This document shows positions 60,387 through 64,000 of a stretch of 64,000 nucleotides of DNA, one piece after another (position 1 is the stretch's first letter; the number at the start of each line of letters is the position of its first letter). A program made the translations under genes and the position numbers. The notes beneath the pieces are model-generated. The model was not told where the DNA came from. It ran no database searches and saw only the letters and a program-made list of their open reading frames with translations. The stretch is from Trichodelitschia bisporula. Its lineage: Eukaryota. The DNA lies in contig ML996687.1 in the NCBI GenBank assembly GCA_010356995.1, forward strand, positions 435,803-499,802, given 5' to 3'.

Positions 60387-61506
60387 CTACACCTCTTCCT
60401 TGTCGGGAAAACCAAGCTTGATCTGCCACACTGTCAGCTTCGGCTCGTCATTTGGTAGGCTTGGATGTCTTACACCAAATGGAGGATAAACAAGCCGAAT
60501 CGTCCCCTTGTTCTTAGCGAGGTTGGTCAGGGTCTCCATATCCTCGTCATCGAGATCGAGGACTTTGGCATTCTCCTCAATCCGCGAGGGTGTCACGGAT
60601 TTCGGAAGCGCAGAACAGTTCCGGGCGACTACAACCGTCAGCCGCCAACGTTCCCAGCTGCGAGGACAGCCCACCATGGTAGCTAATGAGCACATTAGCC
60701 GCACTCGCGCCATGCTTCTTCGCGATCTCTTGCACCGTCTCATCGTTCATAAACCGCGTACCCGTGCTCCCTAGGGGACTGTACGCCGAGACATGAATCC
60801 CCTTAGCTGCGCAGTACTCGATCAGATCATGCTGAGGCAGGAACGGATGCAGTTCGACCTGGTTCACTGCGGGCACATGGCCGACCTCTGCGGCCAGGTC
60901 CTGCAGGTACTTGACGCTGCAGTTGGAGACGCCGATGGCTTTAGCCTTGCCGGTTGCCAGCAGCTTGACCATGCTCTTGTACGTCTCGATCCACGTAGTC
61001 GACTCGTCGATATCGCGCGACCCGTCAGGCCGCTTGGGAAAGGCGGGATGATTGCCTGTTGGGCCTCAGCGGGCGCCATCCGTGGTACTCACATTGGAAT
61101 CTTACCGTTAGGATTCATCGGCACAGGCCAATGCATCAAATACCTGCCAGCCCATTAACCCCACCCCCCCCCAATCCAACGCACCCACGCACAGGTCCAC
61201 ATATTCCTCCCCCAACTTCCCCAAGCTATCATCCAGCGCCTCCTCCACACGGTTATGGTATGTACACCACAGCTTCGTCGTAAGAAACACATCCGCGCGA
61301 CTTATCCCCGCGCGCTTGATCCCCTCCCGCATCCCCTCGCCCACCTCCGCCTCGTTGCGGTACATCCACGCCGTGTCAATGTGTCGATACCCGCTGGCGA
61401 TGGCGTGTGCGACGGCCTCGCGTACCTCCCCAGGGCCGGATTGCCAGGTCCCGAGGCCGATGGCGGGGATTGTGGCGCCGGTGTTGAGGACGAGGGGGGT
61501 GTCCAT
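60387..61506 (-). CDS. Aldo-keto reductase (Gcy1/Ypr1-like), multi-exon
   Basis: IGLGTW, GYRHIDTAWMY, FLTTKLW, YLMHWP, AIGVSN, NQVELHP, AYSPLG, PKS. Confidence 0.92.
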
Positions 61507-62359
61507 TTTGGGTGTTGGGTGGAGGATGGAGGAGGGCGTGAGCTTGAGGATCTTGTTTGCGAGGGCGGGATTCATCTTATCTGGAGTTGGTGGGGCCTGG
61601 GTCTGGGAATGCCGTTATCGGGGGAGGGGTCAGGGAAGGTGCAATTTGTGAGGTGGGATGGACATGGATGGAGCTTTTATCTTTATGTTTATTGCCGATG
61701 TATCTCCCACGACTCAGTCCGATCGCGGGTCCAGTCATCATCGCCCGCGACCTGCAAGGCTCGATGACGTCGCAGCCGCTGCACCGGGCCGTGTGCCGAG
61801 CCCGACTGGTTTCAGGCCCCGATCCGACGCGTGCTTGATGGGGAAATGTTCGGCGAGGGTTCCCCGGCGCTCCTTCCGAGCCCGTGCAGACTCCACAACA
61901 ACACTGTTGCACCGATCAAGATCGGATATATCGGTGCGCACCGTGACTTTGCCTTCGAGGGTGAACATGATTCACTTGGTGTGGAGGGGAATCGGTGGAA
62001 TCGGTGAGCTCGGCATGTGCGTCTTTTGGATTGGACGGCTGTGATACGGAAGGATTCGGGCGAACCTTCGGTTATTCGAGAGTCTTGGTGATACATGTAC
62101 GCAATGCAGTAATAGATGTGTGGTTGAGATCAGTATCGTGCTTTTTAAGACGGATGTGAGATTCCTGTACTGGGAAGATGAAGTGCTCGATTGGGCAAGC
62201 TTTTCCATCATGGCTGAGTGTATGAACTCGATATAAAGGTCCGTGACGAATCATGAAGGTGCAGTCTCCTCGGTCATCTCCCAATTCCTACTGCTGACCC
62301 ATCATACAGTCGTAACCGTTACGACCATAGCCGTCCGGCGTTTCTGCCCCTAACCCTTA

Positions 62360-63597
62360 TTATTCATCATCGCCAAACTGCACAGCAACCTTCATGACAA
62401 GCTTCTTCTCGTCATCCTCCGGCCTACTAGCCATCAAAAAGGCTTTCTCAACGTTCTCAAGTCCCTTGAAAGTGTGCGTGAGGAGTGTAGAGAAGTCCGG
62501 AAGCTCTGTCTTCGCCTTCCGCAGCCTCTCAATGGCCGCAGGATAAGCGTTGGCGTACCGGAAGACGCCGATAAGGTCAATCTCATGGAGTGCAGCATGC
62601 GATATAGGTAACGTCTGTACTGGCGTCCCCATCCCAATAAGCATAACCTTGCCACCTGGCCGTGTCACCTATGCGAATCAGTTTTATCGCCCACAAGGTC
62701 GTCCTGGACCTACATATATTGCCGTCTGCAAACACTCCATCGCGCCCGTACATTCAAACACAGCATCGTACTGATCGTACTGTTGATTCTCGGTGAGCCT
62801 CGATGCCACAGCCTGGGCCCTCATGAGTCCCTCCGTAACTCCAATCTTCCCTCGAACAGGAGGAACGACATGCCCATCCCCCAGCCAACTGGTAACCCCC
62901 GCCCATCTCCCATTAACTGCAAACCTCACTCTGCCCCCATTTCCATCTGCAACAGTCACCCGTGCCCCATTCCCTCTCGCGACGGCGGCAACCAAGCATC
63001 CCACCGGCCCAGCCCCGAACACCAACACACGTGCTCCGGGTTCCAGTCCCGCGCGCTGGACCGCATGCTCCGCCACAGCCATGGGTTCGACCAAGGCGCC
63101 TAGGGACAGCGGAACCTCGCGCGGAAGTTTGAAAGTCCATTTCGCTGGGTGGTTGAGGAGGAGCTGCAGCGTGCCCTGGGTGTGCGGGACCAGCTTTGCT
63201 GAGCTGCGGAATTTCAACTCGGGGCAGATATTATACCGCCCTTCGAGGCAGCGGGGACAGATTGAGCACGGCTGGCCAACTTCGAGAGCAACGCGGTCGC
63301 CTGGACTGAAGGTGGTTACCTCTGAGCCAATAGCGGTGACGATGCCGGAGGACTCGTGGCCCAGAGTGAGAGGAGATGTTGCTAGAATAGACCCGTTGCT
63401 GAAGGAGGTGTAGTAGTGGACATCTGAGCCGCAGATGGTGGTGGTGTGGATTGCAATTTGGAGGTCGTTTTCTCTGAGAGGTTCGAGAAGACGGGATTCC
63501 TGTGAATTATGTGAGCCAGGAACATAAGAATTCGGAGCAGAGTTACTATGCGGAGGTCCTTCGGGCCATGGAGAACTGAAGCCTTAGTCTCGGTCAT
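62360..63597 (-). CDS. Zinc-dependent polyol (sorbitol/xylitol-type) dehydrogenase
   Basis: ASVLHGPKDLRI (intron 63500-63546), ICGSDVHYY, LGHESSG, CSICPRC..GRYNIC, GAGPVG, FECTG, GVFRYAN. Confidence 0.92.
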
Positions 63598-64000
63598 ATC
63601 GGCGTCTTTGGTAGGGATTATGGTCATTTGCACAATTGCAGGAGGATATCCCGAGATTTATAGAGATCAAAGTGAGGCATGTGGCTCAGCTCGATATTAG
63701 AGTGAAAGTCCTGGAAGGAATGTTTCATCTAGGCGAGAGGGGAGGTGGATGCACACCTCACCGCACCTATCTGTTCAATGGGAGGGACAGAGGTGCGACC
63801 TGGCACGAGGACGGCACTGCATACTCTATCAAGAAAACGAGATAGAGAGCTCAAGCATGTAGCATGTGTTGGACCAACGAGTATATGAGGACGGTTGTGA
63901 CAGCTGTGTCCTCTGGTCTTCCTTCAACGACTCCATGGTGCTCGGAGGGACAAGGCTTGTACTTTGACTCCGTGGTGATATGCCAAAATGCACGAGGTCA

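Noticed and set aside
62320..62340. TACGACCATAG resembling the start of fungal 5S rRNA
   Set aside because: The downstream sequence does not continue the 5S pattern.

Overview
Gene-dense, GC-rich genomic window from a filamentous ascomycete (Pezizomycotina-like genes, very short GT-AG introns with CTRAC/CTAAY branch sites). I can support about 22 protein-coding genes. In order: HAK/KUP K+ transporter (partial), dynactin p150, TSR1, PAS kinase, an uncharacterised acidic/Zn-finger protein, Zn-ADH, YeeE/YedE sulfur transporter, ISA1, an F-box-like ORF, a small ABM-domain gene missed by the ORF track, VMA2, PtaB/LDB1-like polyQ co-regulator, a bHLH factor (followed by a 25-N assembly gap), Old Yellow Enzyme, NmrA/epimerase-like, ARMH3/DUF1741, a Zn2Cys6 factor, a small putative mitochondrial membrane protein, cytosolic-type LeuRS, an M20 carbamoylase, UTP7, an aldo-keto reductase and a polyol dehydrogenase. 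I recognised no tRNA, rRNA, transposon or CRISPR. The most interesting leads are: (1) a LeuRS with substitutions in normally conserved motifs, a possible second or resistance-type copy; (2) an orphan protein packed with clathrin/AP-adaptor-binding motifs plus a C-terminal CCHC zinc site; (3) an AUG-less, repeat-containing N-terminal extension of the bHLH factor; (4) uORF and start-stop elements in the leaders of regulators; (5) a 14-bp ACGT-core tandem array. All exon boundaries were read by eye. Family assignments and reference sequences come from remembered motifs, not database searches.
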